Below, piece after piece: positions 1 through 13,900 of a stretch of DNA of 64,000 nucleotides. The stretch comes from Octopus vulgaris. Lineage: Eukaryota. The translations under genes and the position numbers were made by a program. The DNA is taken from positions 16,926,001-16,990,000 of the forward strand of contig OX597842.1 of NCBI GenBank assembly GCA_951406725.2, in the 5' to 3' direction. The notes beneath the pieces are model-generated. The model had not been told where the DNA came from and ran no database searches. It worked only from the letters and a program-made list of their open reading frames with translations. How positions within the stretch are numbered: the stretch's first letter is position 1; every line of letters starts with the position of its first letter.

Positions 1-322
1 CGTCTACCAAATCCACACGTAAGGTTTTGTTTGGCCCAAGGCTCTAGAAGAAGTCACTTGCCCAAGGTGCCACGCAGTGGTATTGAACCTGCAACGATGT
101 GGTTGGCAGGCAAGCTACTTACCACACAGCCACTCCTGCACCTATATATATATATATATATGACGGGCTTCTTTCAGTTTCCGTCTGCCAAATCCACTCA
201 CAAGGATTTGTTTGACCCGAGGCTATAGTAAAAACACTTGCCCAAGGTGCCACGCAGTGGGACTGAACCTTGAACGTTGTGGTTGGTAAGCAAGCTACTA
301 ACCATACAGCCACTCTTGCGCC
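1..322 (-). mobile_element. tRNA-derived SINE family A, two tandem 5' parts
   Basis: Reverse complement of the head GGCGCAGGAGTGGCTGTGTGGTAAGTAGCTTGC...GGTTCAGTCCCACTGCGTGGCACCTTGGGCAAGTG, which recurs about 10 times in the window. Confidence 0.85.
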
Positions 323-325
323 TAC

Positions 326-603
326 GACATGTCAACAAAAGATTTACCGCAAATTTCACAACGAAATGGTTTTTCTCCGGCGTCTATCAATTTGTGTCTG
401 TTTAAGTAACTGACAGAAACCAACGATTTCCTACATACGTCACAAAGATATGGGTTTTCTCCTGTGTGACTTCGGATATGAATAACCAAATGAGATTTAG
501 CCGAGAATCACTTCCCTCATGTCTGACATGGATAGGATTTTTAGCCAGTGTGGATTCGTTTGTGTCTGTTTAAATTTCCATCAGAAATAAAGTATTTCCA
601 ACA
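326..603 (-). pseudogene. C2H2 zinc-finger array remnant
   Basis: Minus-strand translation GKYFISDGNLNRHKRIHTG*KSYPCQT*GK*FSAKSHLVIHIRSHTGENPYLCDVCRKSLVSVSYLNRHKLIDAGEKPFRCEICGKSF; TGEKP-type linkers with in-frame stops. Confidence 0.85.
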
Positions 604-609
604 TTTTGC

Positions 610-682
610 TGTGAGATTTGCGGGAAATCATTCATGAAAGACAGTACTTTAGCCATTCACAGACAAAGACACATCAGAGAGA
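610..682 (+). pseudogene. Single C2H2 finger fragment, opposite orientation
   Basis: Translates CEICGKSFMKDSTLAIHRQRHIRE. Confidence 0.7.
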
Positions 683-1129
683 TGCTTTTAAATTGAAACA
701 TCTTCTGATGAAAGACCCTTTTACCTTCCACTTTCCTCCAGCACTCTCTCGTTTTCTCAACAAACTAACTTGAAATTTTGATGGAAGGTTTATTTTTGAA
801 CCCTTTTCTTACCATATTTCTGTTGCCCTTTCTTTCAATTAATTTTGAAAATATTAAAGATTTGAATAAAATAACTTTTTTCATTATGAAGTTGATGTTT
901 CGAACATAAAATAATATGAAATTTTAAGGAAATGTTTTCATTTAGATCACTTTAACCCTTTCGTTACCATAATCTGTTGAAGAACCTTGTCTTTGTTTCA
1001 ATTAATTTTGAAAATGAGGAATCATTTAGTAAAATATCTTTGTCCCAATTCAGCTGGTATTTGGAGCATAAATTAACATATATTAAACATAAACTAACAT
1101 AAATTAAACATAAATTAACATCTGTTAAA

Positions 1130-1262
1130 CATGGATTCCTTTGTTTAAATTATCATCAGAAATAAAGTATTTCCCACAAACTTCACAAAGACAAGGGCGT
1201 TCACCTGTGTGAGGTCTTTTGTGAATAACAAGATTTGATTTCCGAGTAAAGGATTTCTCACA
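1130..1262 (-). pseudogene. C2H2 zinc-finger fragment
   Basis: Translates [44 protein letters not shown]; its GKYFISD motif matches the 326-603 fragment. Confidence 0.8.
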
Positions 1263-1570
1263 ACAGAACGTAACGGCAGACGAAATACGCATTTCGCCCG
1301 GCGTTTTAATGTTTCGGACAGCTCGCCGCCTTTAGCGGACGAAATACCTATTTCTTCACTACCCAAAAGGGGCTAAAAACAGATGGGACAAACAAGAACA
1401 GACAAAGGGATTAAGTCGATTATATCGATCCCAGTGCGTAACTGGTAATTAATTTATCGACCCCGAAATGTTGAAAGGCAAAGTCAACCTCGGCGGAATT
1501 TGAACTCAGAACGTAGCGACAGATGAAATATCGCTAATTATTTCGCGTGCTAACGATTCAACCAGCTCAC
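1263..1570 (-). mobile_element. SINE family B (two nested or tandem pieces)
   Basis: Reverse complement of GGCGGCGAGCTGGCAGAA...GTTCTGAGTTCAAATTCCGCCGAGGTCGAC, also at 10735, 59396, 60473 and 63584. Confidence 0.8.
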
Positions 1571-2119
1571 AGAGAGAGAGGGTGGGTTGAATGGTTGTAT
1601 AGATCACAAATCTTAAAATGTTTGTAGAAGTCCTTTTAATCGTTGGTTCGGTCAGTTGCTAAATAAGATTCCTTACGTTGGAGTCACCCCTTTTACATTA
1701 ATGCTGTATGGTGTAGTTGATATAGAGAACAAAGTGTTTCAGAAATATGACAGACGAGTCTTTTTCTCAGATGAAAAATGTTTTATTTAACAACAATAAA
1801 ATAAATAACTGAGTCACAGAGAAAAATTACAACAGCAAAGAAACAACATAGAATAATCACTCTTTGAATATTACATTGGGAAAGCAAATACATGAACTTG
1901 TCTTTGTGTGCAACAGAATGTTTCAGAAAATATATTAAGCATAAGAAGGGTAAAAAAGATGCGAATGTGTGTGTGTGTGTATCTGTATGTGTGTGTGTGT
2001 GCGTGTGTGTGTGTGTGTATTAAAATCAAAATGAGGGTGAAAAATTGGATATTAATTTGATAACATCAATTTTAACACCAGTGGTCTAGTGTACAAAAAA
2101 ACTGAGATTCGGTAATTAG

Positions 2120-2197
<78 letters not shown>

Positions 2198-2619
2198 ATA
2201 TATGTATATATACGTACGTATGTACATGTGTGATAAATGTCTTGCATTTCCGAGTTTTAAAAAGGTGTTTGCTGGTGAAAGATAAACTTTGAAATAAGGA
2301 ATTTAAGAATACATCAGTTATTAAATTGTAAAAGGTGCGAGTGAATCAGCATAGGGATCAGCTAAAAACCCTACAACGGACAGGTCACTTGTTAGATTCT
2401 GACCGTGTGAGAAGGTTTTATCGTACCCTAACGAGTGAAAAATAAATACTTGTAATAATATATTTGTGTAAGTTTTAAAGATAATTCCATCCAACCAAAT
2501 TGCTATTTTTTTTTACCTGTATTACTATGTACCAAAATATTTCAATTCAATTGCAATAAAGTAGTGTCAACAATCGTGAAGAATACGTGCAAAAAGAAAG
2601 GTTCTGCTATCTAAAAATC

Positions 2620-3204
<585 letters not shown>

Positions 3205-3335
3205 GATTATTAGATAGCAGAACGTATACGTATACAATTTATAAATAGGTTAAAACCTTTATAAGAATTTATCAAATAGTTATCGTGAAAAACCTCATAA
3301 GGAAAAATCCATCAATTTGTCTCTTAAATAAATTC

Positions 3336-3497
3336 ATTTATATTGAGGGGTTTTTGATACATAAATGCCACACGCCAGGAGGGACTCTTAAAGTCAAAAC
3401 TTCCAAAATAAATAAAGACATTTATTTTGGTTGTTTTGACTTTAAGAGTCGTTCCTGGCGTGTGGCATTTATGTATAATAATACCCTCAATATAAAT
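3336..3497. repeat. Imperfect palindrome (~75-bp arms)
   Basis: TACATAAATGCCACACGCCAGGA..GACTCTTAAAGTCAAAAC mirrored by GTTTTGACTTTAAGAGTC..TCCTGGCGTGTGGCATTTATGTA. Confidence 0.8.
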
Positions 3498-3775
3498 ATA
3501 AATACAAATATAAATATAGATATAAATATAAATATAAATAAATAAAATATATATATATATATTCAAAATGTAACCACATGAGAATCGTTGGCGATTTTCT
3601 TCCTCCGTCTTCCTTTACTATTGGAGATTCCTCTGTTTCTGAAGAAGGAAGAGCGTTGCCCGAAACATTAAACTATCTTCCTTTCTTCCCTGAGCGTCTG
3701 CTAATACTTTACATGAACCACGTCCTCGCGTTGTTTCTTTTTGTATTTTTTGTGTCTGTTCTTCTTTTTTGGGAT

Positions 3776-3825
<50 letters not shown>

Positions 3826-3827
<2 letters not shown>

Positions 3828-4593
3828 ATAGAAATATTAAAATTACTAAGTCACTCTAAAAGAGATTGCGGCAGCGTTACTGGAAATTAATTGTTATCGC
3901 CATATTAATATGGCATTCTTATAGATATAAGAATAAAACTGTCGCTGATTAGCTCCATGAGGCCATCCGCTTTAAGATAGCTATTTGATATACAATCTGT
4001 ATCCATTATAACCTTCGAACAAGGGAGGTCAGCCGCTCCACACTGCCAGTCCGACAGCTACAGACGCGTTTCAGGGTATTTGCCCTTTGTCAATGTAGCG
4101 TAGGTTATAATGGATACAGATTGTGTATCAAATAGCTATCTTAAGGCGGATGGCCTCATGGAGCTAATCAGCGACAGTTTTATTCTTATATCTATAAGAA
4201 TGCCATATTAATATGGCGATAACAATTAATTTCCAGTAACGCTGCCGCAATCTCTTTTAGAGAGACTTAGTAATTTTAATATTTCTATTATTGAAAACAA
4301 GTGGATGTATTCCACCGAAACTAGGTAAATAAAAACCTTCGAACAGAGACGTCAGTGGCGACACATGCTAGGTCTGACTACGCTACATTGACAAAGGGCA
4401 AATACCCTGAAACGCATCTGTAGCTGTCGGACTGGCAGTGTGGAGCGGCTGACCTCCCTTGTTCGAAGGTTATAATGGATACAGATTGTGTATCAAATAG
4501 CTATCTTAAGGCGGATGGCCTCATGGGGCTAATCAGCGACAGTTTTATTCTTATATCTATAAGAATGCCATATTAATATGGCGATAACAATTA

Positions 4594-4597
<4 letters not shown>
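3826..4597. mobile_element. Inverted/tandem ~365-bp repeat with hammerhead-like motifs (Penelope pLTR- or retrozyme-like)
   Basis: 3826-4103 is an inverted copy of the unit running 4102-4597 (period 365). Motif GCTACA-TTGACAA-AGGG caaata CCCT-GAAA-CGCGTC-TGTAGC at 4057-4099(-); variant GAAACGCATC at 4382-4424(+). Flanked by (TA)n. Confidence 0.75.
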
Positions 4598-4680
<83 letters not shown>

Positions 4681-4830
4681 CGTATATATGTATAATTATC
4701 ACGATATGATATTGATAAAATAAAAGTGAGTTCAATAGTGTAAGTTTTGGGGTTTTTTTGTGCTTTTTGTTTTGGTTTTCGTCTACATTTACTGTTTATT
4801 TTACATGTTTTTGGCATATCTACTCCAAGT

Positions 4831-5398
4831 TTGGGGAGAGTCATTCTCTTTTTGTGCCTTTTTATGTAACACAATCACCGGTAAAATTTCCACTTATTTC
4901 TTATTTTTTATTTTCCTAAAATTTTCATTGCGTCTTGAAACCTTTTCAATAGTTTTGACTCTGTCCGTTATTTACACTGCGTTCCCTTTTGTTTGTTTGT
5001 GTGTGTGTGTGTGGCTCAGTGTGTGTGTGTGTGTGGGGGGGGTCAGTGTGTGTGTGCCTATACATGCATGTATGTATAATCAGACAAATATGGAGACACG
5101 GATCCACACATATAAAGATGCACATCCATACATACAAACATGGTACATAGTTGCATAACACACACACACACACACACAGACATGCAAACACAAGGAGACA
5201 GAGGTACATAAATATACAAACACACGCTTACACACACACATACATAGGAAATACACAAACACGGACATGCAAGCACATAAATATGCAAGATACGTACATA
5301 CAGATACACACACATACATATATACATATGCATACACAAACATACATACATACACATTCAAACACAGACATACATACATAGATACATACATACATACA

Positions 5399-5432
<34 letters not shown>

Positions 5433-5666
5433 CATACATACATATATACATATATATATACATACATACATACATGCATGCATGCATACATACATACATA
5501 CATACATATATATGTACATAAAAACATACATTTATACATACATACATGCATACATACATACATAAATACATACATACATACATATATACATTCATACATA
5601 CATATATACATACACATGCAAACACACACAGACATACATATATACATATATACAGACATACATACC

Positions 5667-5700
<34 letters not shown>

Positions 5701-5918
5701 CATGCATGCATGCATACACACACACACACACTGCCTCACACACATGAGCTCAAACAAGCAAAAGGGAACGCAGTGTAAATAACGGACAGAGTCAAGACTA
5801 TTGAAAAGGTTTCAAGACGAAACGAAAATTTTAGAAAAATAAAAATTAGAAACAAGTGGAAATTTTACCGGTGAGTGTGTTAAATTATAAGGCACAAAAA
5901 GAAAATCACTCTCCCCAG
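4831..5918. repeat. Inverted repeat pair (~165-bp arms) enclosing a CA/CATA microsatellite (foldback or MITE-like)
   Basis: 4831-4995 is the reverse complement of 5751-5918, e.g. TCTTGAAACCTTTTCAATAGT / ACTATTGAAAAGGTTTCAAGA. Confidence 0.8.
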
Positions 5919-6181
5919 ACACAACAGAATATACTTCAACACACGAAATGATATAAAGAATCTTGCAAACCAAATCCAAAAACGAAATACTCCAAGTCTG
6001 TTTCTGCAGAAATTTTTTAAAAATCTTGCTTATGTCTTACACTTTTTTTCGTAATTTATTGCCTTCACAGTGTTTACCGTTTTAAAAGATTAAATTAGAA
6101 AATTGGACAAAACAGAAAACACAAATAAAAAAATTCAAACTAAAAAAGACAGAAGAAAAAAGAGAAAAAAAAGAAAACAAT

Positions 6182-6470
6182 TCACCACCTTAAGCTATTG
6201 GGGCACGCCAGTATGCTTGCCGCCTTTCCATGGGTGATGGCGAGGCTGATGCACTGGAACAGCCAAGCGCCGTCAAGAGCCTCATCAGTTACCTTTGCTA
6301 TGCGAATTGCTAGTGAATTGCCTGTGAAGACAGGAATCTCGCAATCAGAGGTCCGACTCCACCAAACGTCTGGAATGCCACAGGATGGAAAAAATGTAGA
6401 TGGCCGACTGATCGCGGTATTTTCAGGAATTTTGTTCCTATCGGCCGCAGAAGCTGTGGATTTCTGACCG
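6182..6470 (-). mobile_element. CRE-like (RLE) non-LTR retrotransposon 3' fragment
   Basis: Translation ends [35 protein letters not shown], matching the FQRISIAIQRGNAA-type C-terminus; homologous to 8390-8545(+). Confidence 0.65.
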
Positions 6471-6515
6471 CATATATGTACATATATGTGTATGTATATG
6501 TATATATGTATATAC

Positions 6516-6573
<58 letters not shown>

Positions 6574-6697
6574 GTATAAATATGTATATATATTTATATG
6601 TATGTTTTGTTGTCCCTTTTTGTATCACCAAGTTGTCCGGATGTTTTGCGTTCTGGTCCCATTTTGTATTTTATTATATATATATGTATATATATGC

Positions 6698-6807
<110 letters not shown>

Positions 6808-6811
6808 ATAT

Positions 6812-7857
6812 ATGGTTGAAATCCTTAAGCTCTATGGGATACCAGACAAAATTATTTCTGCCATCAAGATCCTCTACACAGATACGTCTTGAACCATCTT
6901 AACCCCTGATGGAGAAACATCATCTTTCTCAATCAAAGCCGGAATACTGCAGGGAGACACACTCGCTCCATTTCTTTTCATCATTGTTGTTGATTATGTG
7001 CTACGTATGTCAGTTGATACCATCTCTGGCAAGGGCTTTGAAATAAAACCAAGTAGAAGTTCCAGACACCCAGCTGAGTACTTGACAGACACTGACTTTG
7101 CTGACGACATCGCTCTTATCAGTGATTCTCTCTCCAATGCCCAGTCTCTTTTACAATCTCTTGAACAAGCCTCAAATTGTGTAGGTATTTACCTCAATGA
7201 GGCCAAAACTGAATACATAAACAAGTGCCTGTCCAACAGTGATTGCATCATCCATACTCTCAACAGTGCGCCTTTAAATATGGTTTCTGATTATAAATAT
7301 CTTGGGTCATACATATCATCATCTGGAAAAGACTTTCAAACTAGAAAGGGTATGGCCTGGTCAGCCTGTAATGACATGCATAAGATCTGATCATCAAATC
7401 TAAGTAGAGACTTCAAACTTGAAATCTTCAAAGCCACAGTCGAACCAATTCTACTATATGGCTCAGAAACTTGGACGTTATCAAAGAAGCTTGAGAGGTG
7501 GTTGGATGGAACCTACACTCGCCTCCTTATGAGAGCTCAAAATCTCTCGTGGAAGCGCCATCCAACCAAAATGCAAATATATGGGAAACTACCACCTGTG
7601 TTATCTATTGTGAAAGGTAGGAGAGTCCAGTTTGCTGGACATTGTTGTAGAGCTGAAAAAGAAGTAATTTCTAATCTTCTCCTCTGGAAGCCATCTACTC
7701 GCAATACCAGAGGGCGCACACTCTCCTACCCTGATGTAATCTCCAGGGATACAGGCATCCAGCAACAGGACCTCCGTAATGCTATGATGGACCGTGAAGT
7801 CTGGTGTAACATAGTAAATTCCATTGTCTCGACCACAGTCGAACAATGATGATGATA
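6812..7857 (+). mobile_element. RTE-clade LINE, 5'-truncated and degraded
   Basis: GILQGDTLAPFLF, DFADDIAL, YKYLGS and LLYGSETW motifs; in-frame stops; (TGA)n tail at ~7847-7857. Confidence 0.85.
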
Positions 7858-7893
<36 letters not shown>

Positions 7894-7968
7894 GATGTGT
7901 GTATTTTTTGAGGACTAAAAACAATCTACATCGTTTCAGTTTTATCAGCCATTAAGAAATATACACAC

Positions 7969-8545
7969 TTACTCCAACACTGGAGGGAACTGGGCTTGTC
8001 TGCTTCTGAGGAGGTGGAAGACAGACGGAGTGAGAGAGCTTTGGACAACACAATTTCGAAAACCGCCTTCGACTCCCTCTTCATCCAGTTGGACCAGTTT
8101 CATCCCTGTGGCTAATGTCGGTGGCCTATTAAACTTGGACGAACTTCGCGTCTCCATTGCTCTCAGAAAGGGAGCTGACATATGCACGGGTTGGTTTGTC
8201 GACTCCACGGGCTTCCATGGTTTTTCCTGCCGCCTGAAACTTGGAAGCTTCTGGATTGTCCAGATGTGACAAGAAAAGACCTGACGGCCTCACCCTGAGC
8301 CCGTGGTTGCGAGACAGATTCTTTGTCTGGATTTCACAGTTAGCGCCTCCTTTGCTTCTCTTCACATCCTGGATGCTGCGGTCAGGGCGAGATCCAAAGA
8401 TTCTGCGGCCGATCGGAACAGAATCCAGAAATACTGCGATCAATCGGCCCATGTTCCATCCGGTAGCATACAAGACGTTTGGTGGGGTCGTACCACTAAC
8501 TGCGAGATTCCTGTCTTCAATGGCAACTCACTAGCAATTCGCGTA
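7969..8545 (+). mobile_element. CRE-like (RLE) non-LTR retrotransposon fragment
   Basis: ELRVSIALR, HGFSC and KRPDGLTLSPW..WDFT motifs across frameshifts. Confidence 0.7.
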
Positions 8546-9328
8546 CATTTTTCTCACATCTAGATTTTATTAATTATCACCAATGTCTTAAGATGTTTAA
8601 ATATTTTTTTCTTTAACCGTTCTTCTCTCATAGAACTTGTGTCTTTTCTCTTTCTTGCTTATTTCAGCACAAACCTTCCGTCCGCCTGAAACCGTTTCCC
8701 ACTCGTATACTTTCCCACACATCCATCACTCCCTCCTCATTCCTCTCGCCTTCTCATTTCCTTCCCACTCGTGCACACTTCTACATCCTCACATCCACAC
8801 TTTCTTCTCCTTAATGACAACTCACACACACACACCCATAATCTCCCATACCCAACGTATCTACGCCACTAAATCTCTGAATTTGCGCATTTCTAGACAC
8901 ATGCATATCCCAAGCAACCGTACACACACCTTCCTATATGTCCAGTTTCAGATAAGGTTCCACTTCTATACTTGCACACAGACACCCATCACTCTTCTCT
9001 TATTAACTCCCTCCTCATTGAACTGCATTTCATCCGGTTCCTAACACATTGTCCGTTTTCTCTTTCTCTCTCTCTTTTTCTCTCTCATCTTTTATTCTTC
9101 TTTCTAACTCCTATAGGTTTTTCCTTTTCTTCTGATGAAGGACTCACCTCTGAAATCTTGAGTTTTTCTCTTCTATGAAAGCATTAAGCTAACAGCGTAT
9201 CTGTTGAACGCTGTCCTGTCTATGATGTCCTTTATTATTATTCAAAGCATATACATTGTACATCAATCTCTGTCTGTCCGTCCGTGTGTGTGTGTGTATG
9301 TATGTATGTATGTATGAATGTATGTATG

Positions 9329-9362
<34 letters not shown>

Positions 9363-9400
9363 TGTATGTATGTATGTGTGTGTGTATGTATGTATGTATG

Positions 9401-9449
<49 letters not shown>

Positions 9450-10038
9450 GTATGTATGTATGTATGTAAGAATATGCAGTTTCGGGAATAATATATATTC
9501 TACTTCAAAATCACTGAGATGACTACGGCTTCGTAACTATCATATAAATCTGGAAAAAAAAATTGAAAAAATTGTTAGAAATTAATGAAATTAACTCTAA
9601 ATTCCCCGATGATCATCAGACACACACAAACACCTCCCACCATATATATAGGTTTTTTTAGATTTACGCTGTTAGCGTTTCCCTTCTACAAGCGTACCAT
9701 AAAACAGCGAAAAATATGGCCACACCATACATGCATACATATATATCCTTATAAAAAGTAAAGTTTGTTTCTAAGTTGACCGCTGAAAACATTAAATAAA
9801 ATTGATAATATTTCAGGTTTTTGTGTCATTGAAATTAATTTGACCATTCCGCAAATAACTGTGCACCTGTTTTCCGAAAACGGAGCGGCAGGAGCGAGGC
9901 GAGTTGGTGATGTATCAGATCCGATTTCTAGCAATCCACGTACTGTCTTTGTCTTTTTCACCGCAATGCTTTTTAGACACTGAAAAAATATTCAGCCTAT
10001 CACTGAATCATTGATAGGTTTATCAGATGTATCAAAAT

Positions 10039-10234
10039 TCATCTCAGACATAAAGAAATTAAAACATATTTCACAGTCATACACATGTCGCGTTTCTTTT
10101 GCGGTTCAGTGTATAGCAACACAAACCAACTCTTCATAATCACACGCCAGAGATCAGGGAAAACAGTTATCAGCACCGTTTCTTCGAAGAAGGATTTCCC
10201 GAAGAAGGATTCCTAGCTCCGAAATACTGAAATA
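10039..10234 (-). CDS. Left gene, putative last coding exon (1-nt frameshift near 10160)
   Basis: Acceptor ctcttctttag|TAT gives YFSISELGILLREILLRRNGADNCFP* (TGA 10156-10154); a shifted frame continues PDLWRVIMKSWFVLLYTEPQKKRDMCMTVKYVLISLCLR* (TGA 10041-10039). Confidence 0.5.
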
Positions 10235-10734
10235 CTAAAGAAGAGTATAAACCACTGACTTGTATTATTAATATTTTGTTACAACTTGCATTGTTTTGGC
10301 TTTAAAGAAAATTTATTTTAAAGATCTATGTTCATGCGAAAATGCTTCTTGAAAACCAGACCTTTGCGCGCATGCACACACACACGCGCACACATGCATG
10401 CGCGCACGCCAACACAGAGTTATACAATCAATTACACTGAAATCAAGAGGCGATATTTTACTTACAACCGGTCGGCCTTTTGTAAAAAATATCGTACTCT
10501 TCCTTATTTCCACTTTTTCTTTTGGCTTCTATCCTCCTGTAGTTATTCGCAATGGTAAACTCCGGGTAACTGAAACTAATATATTACAATTGATAAATTG
10601 TTTTTCTTATATTTTTGTTATTTTCTATGTTTACATGCTTTTTTTTAATGTAATTCCACACAAAATCAATTGTACCCTCATCGATCTTTTTGTCAAACCT
10701 TAAGGTTCATAACGAAAACATTATCATTATTATA

Positions 10735-10960
10735 CGGCGGCGAGTTGGCAGAATCTTTAGCATGGCGGATAAAATGCTTAGCAGTATTTTGTTCGTCTAT
10801 ACATCCTGAGTTCAAATTCCGCCGAGGTCGACTTTGCCTATCACCATTTCAGGAGTCGTTGAAATAATTACCAGTTTGACACTGGTACCGATGCAATCGA
10901 CCCCCCCTTGCGTCCCCAACAAACTGTCAGACGTTATGCCTACGGGAGAAAGGATTATTA
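10735..10960 (+). mobile_element. SINE family B
   Basis: GGCGGCGAGTTGGCAGAATC...GAGTTCAAATTCCGCCGAGGTCGAC. Confidence 0.8.
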
Positions 10961-11120
10961 TTATGGAATTATAATATTATACAACAATGAGAAATAAAGT
11001 ATATCGGTAAACTTTCCTCTTATATATACACCGTGAAAGTGTTCAAAAGAACAATTATTAAATAATTAAAGATGTTAGTTATGAGTAAGGAGATGATATA
11101 TACTTCGCATTGAAAGTCAC

Positions 11121-11246
11121 CATTTCTGTATGCCATTGCTGTGCAATGATTTTATCTTTCTGGAACCATGATGTAGAATTCGTGCCTGTTCCACGGAAAA
11201 TGAATACGTCATCATCTTCTGATGGTTTTTTCACCCGATATTCCAC
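11121..11246 (-). CDS. Left gene coding exon 4
   Basis: ttgcag|GTG...ATG|gtgact, phase 0/0, open frame VEYRVKKPSEDDDVFIFRGTGTNSTSWFQKDKIIAQQWHTEM; phase-compatible with exon 3 (alternative donor at 11104). Confidence 0.7.
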
Positions 11247-12446
11247 CTGCAAATGGAAAGTAAACTCGAACCAGTGACAAATCTCAGAGAATGAGGGATG
11301 GCAGTGTTGTAGGAAGAGAAAGGAGACCAGGATGTGATATAAGGAAATAGTAGGAGGGTGAGAATGGGATGGAGAGAATAGTGGGGGGAAGACTGAGACT
11401 TTGAGTGCAAGAGAAAAAGACTAGAGAATACAGAAAATAAGAGGAAGAGGAGGGGAGGAAGAGAGATAGAGACAGACAGACAGAAGGAAGGAAAATAAGA
11501 AGACGAGATGCTATGTCGCGTTAGAAGTGCAAAATTAAGACAGAAAGTGATTGGGTTTAAGAGGAAAACGTGGCTGACTTACGAGTCAGAGAATCAGACT
11601 ACTAACTAATGAGTCATGATTTCGGAGTCTTTCTAAAAGTTTTGTTGCATCTATAGGAACTAGAAAACCCTGACAAAATCAGGGTAAAACAAAGACAAAA
11701 CCAGCAAGAATCGATCCCACATCAAAGACATATCGATGTTCTGTGGAGGAATCAAGAGAGATATCAGGAACGGATGTAAAGGAATTATGACATCACCTCA
11801 AGAAAGGGGGTTTAGATCTGCCTATTCCTTGGTCAAGACTCTTAGGTGGAGCAGATGCCAGAGGGATAGTAGCTTCTGACAAACGTTTTTCCTCGCTGAC
11901 ACAGAATCTTCTTATAATCTCTCCCCTTCTTTCTCCACCTCATGTCTACTCAACCCTATATTCCTACACTTATAACCACTCACCATTCTTCTTTCGATCT
12001 TAGCAGTTAAAAATCCTTGTTAATCTACTTCAAAATATTTATTCCTCATCGATCCAATTCATCGCTTTCCAAACTCCTCCTTAAATCCCCTTTTCTTCTT
12101 AGTTATAATGCTCATAATCCCTTTTAACCTTCGCGCTCTTCTTACACCAAAGCACCGATGACGATATTGAACCATTCCACATTCTGATCCATTTGTACCA
12201 GTCTCTTTCGTAACCTTGAAGTATTCCTCTTAAACACACTGATTCAATATCGAGACACTCTCGGTTATGTTGCTGTCTATGAAATCCCGCGTCTCTACGA
12301 TCTGATGACGTTTGTCACATTATGTTATCGTTCCATGAATGATGAAAGGCAAAGTCGACTTCGGCGGAAATTGAACTCGGAAAATAAAGATCCGGAATTA
12401 AATACCACGAGCATTGTATTCTGCGCTCTAATTATTCTGATTCTTT

Positions 12447-12447
<1 letters not shown>

Positions 12448-12512
<65 letters not shown>

Positions 12513-12722
12513 TTTTTTATCTTTTTTTTTCTCATTTTTATGTATTATACATTCACTAGTACAACACCAAAAAAGCCCCCCAAATATAGGGCACACTAGG
12601 CATAACAACAATGTGAATTTCCAACCTGTTGTCTCTTGAGGTCTCTGGGTGAGACTTGGAGCCATCTTGTACAGACATAAAGCAAAAGTCAAACATAGAA
12701 TAATAATAATAATAATAATAAC

Positions 12723-12769
<47 letters not shown>

Positions 12770-12843
12770 TAATAATGATGAAAATAATAATAATAATAAT
12801 AATAACAATAATAATAATGATAATAATAACAATAATAATAATG

Positions 12844-12904
<61 letters not shown>

Positions 12905-13030
12905 TAATAATAACAATAATAATAATAATGAGAAGAAACAGAAGAAGAAGAAGAAGAAGAAGAAGGAGAGAAGAAGAAGAAAAAGAAGAAGAAGAAGATG
13001 AAGAAGATGAAGAAGAGAGAAGAAGAGAGG
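12448..13030. repeat. (TAA)n and (GAA)n microsatellites with a short non-repetitive insert (12515-12700)
   Basis: Direct inspection. Confidence 0.9.
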
Positions 13031-13149
13031 ATCGATGTTCAACAGGATGACTGCCTGCAGCAAGGTCGCGCACCTGCATGGCTGACAAGCGAACGAGCGC
13101 TGCTAATGCGTCAAGGACCCCTTGAAAGGGAACTTGCAAACATCAGGTA

Positions 13150-13900
13150 AGTAACAATCTATTACCTAAAGAACAGAAAGGATGCAGGAACCAAAGTAGG
13201 GTAGCAAAAGATCACCTATTAGATGATAAAATGATAATTAGAAATTGCAGAGGTAGATGATTGGCAGGAGTGAATGTAGCATGGTTAGATTAGAAAAAAG
13301 CGTATGACAATTAGAAAAAAGCGTATGACAATTAGAAAAAAGCGTATGACAATGCTAAATGAAAGTATGGAACATTGGAATACTGAAATGATGGGAGAAA
13401 AACAAATCCCGGAAAAGTGAACATCAGACGTGGAATATTTCAAGGTGATAGCTTATCTCCGTTACTATTCGAATTGGCCATGAAAAGTGAAAATTGCTTA
13501 CGATTTGGTTAAAGGAAATGGTCAGATAAATCATCTCCTTTTCAGGGACGATACAAAAGTTTATGCGAAAAATGAGAAACAGTTTGAAAATCTTGTAAAT
13601 ATTATCCGCATTTTCTCAAATGACGTTGGTATGGAATTTGGGATAGAAAAGTGCGCTATATTGAAAATAAAAAGAGGAACATTTGAAAGAAGCGAGGGAA
13701 TTGAAATGCGAAATGGGCAAAGAATGGGAGCAGTTGAGAAAGGACGGTGGTAAAAGTAGTTGGGAATACTGAAAGCAGACGAAATAAAAAATGAATGAAA
13801 CAAACGACCGATTAGGAGTACACAAGGAGAGTAAGAAAATCATTGCAGTCAAAGCTGAATTCTAAAACCCTTATTAAAGCAAAGATCAGAGCCCTTAATC
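13150..13900 (+). mobile_element. R4/Dong-like non-LTR RT fragment
   Basis: EQKGCR, AWLD*KKAYD, GIFQGDSLSPLLF, NHLLFRDDTKVY and GMEFGIEKC motifs; 21-bp triplication at 13290-13352. Confidence 0.8.

Noticed and set aside
9749-9961. 70-aa ORF downstream of the left gene
   Set aside because: Non-ATG start and no recognisable motif; probably 3' UTR or flank
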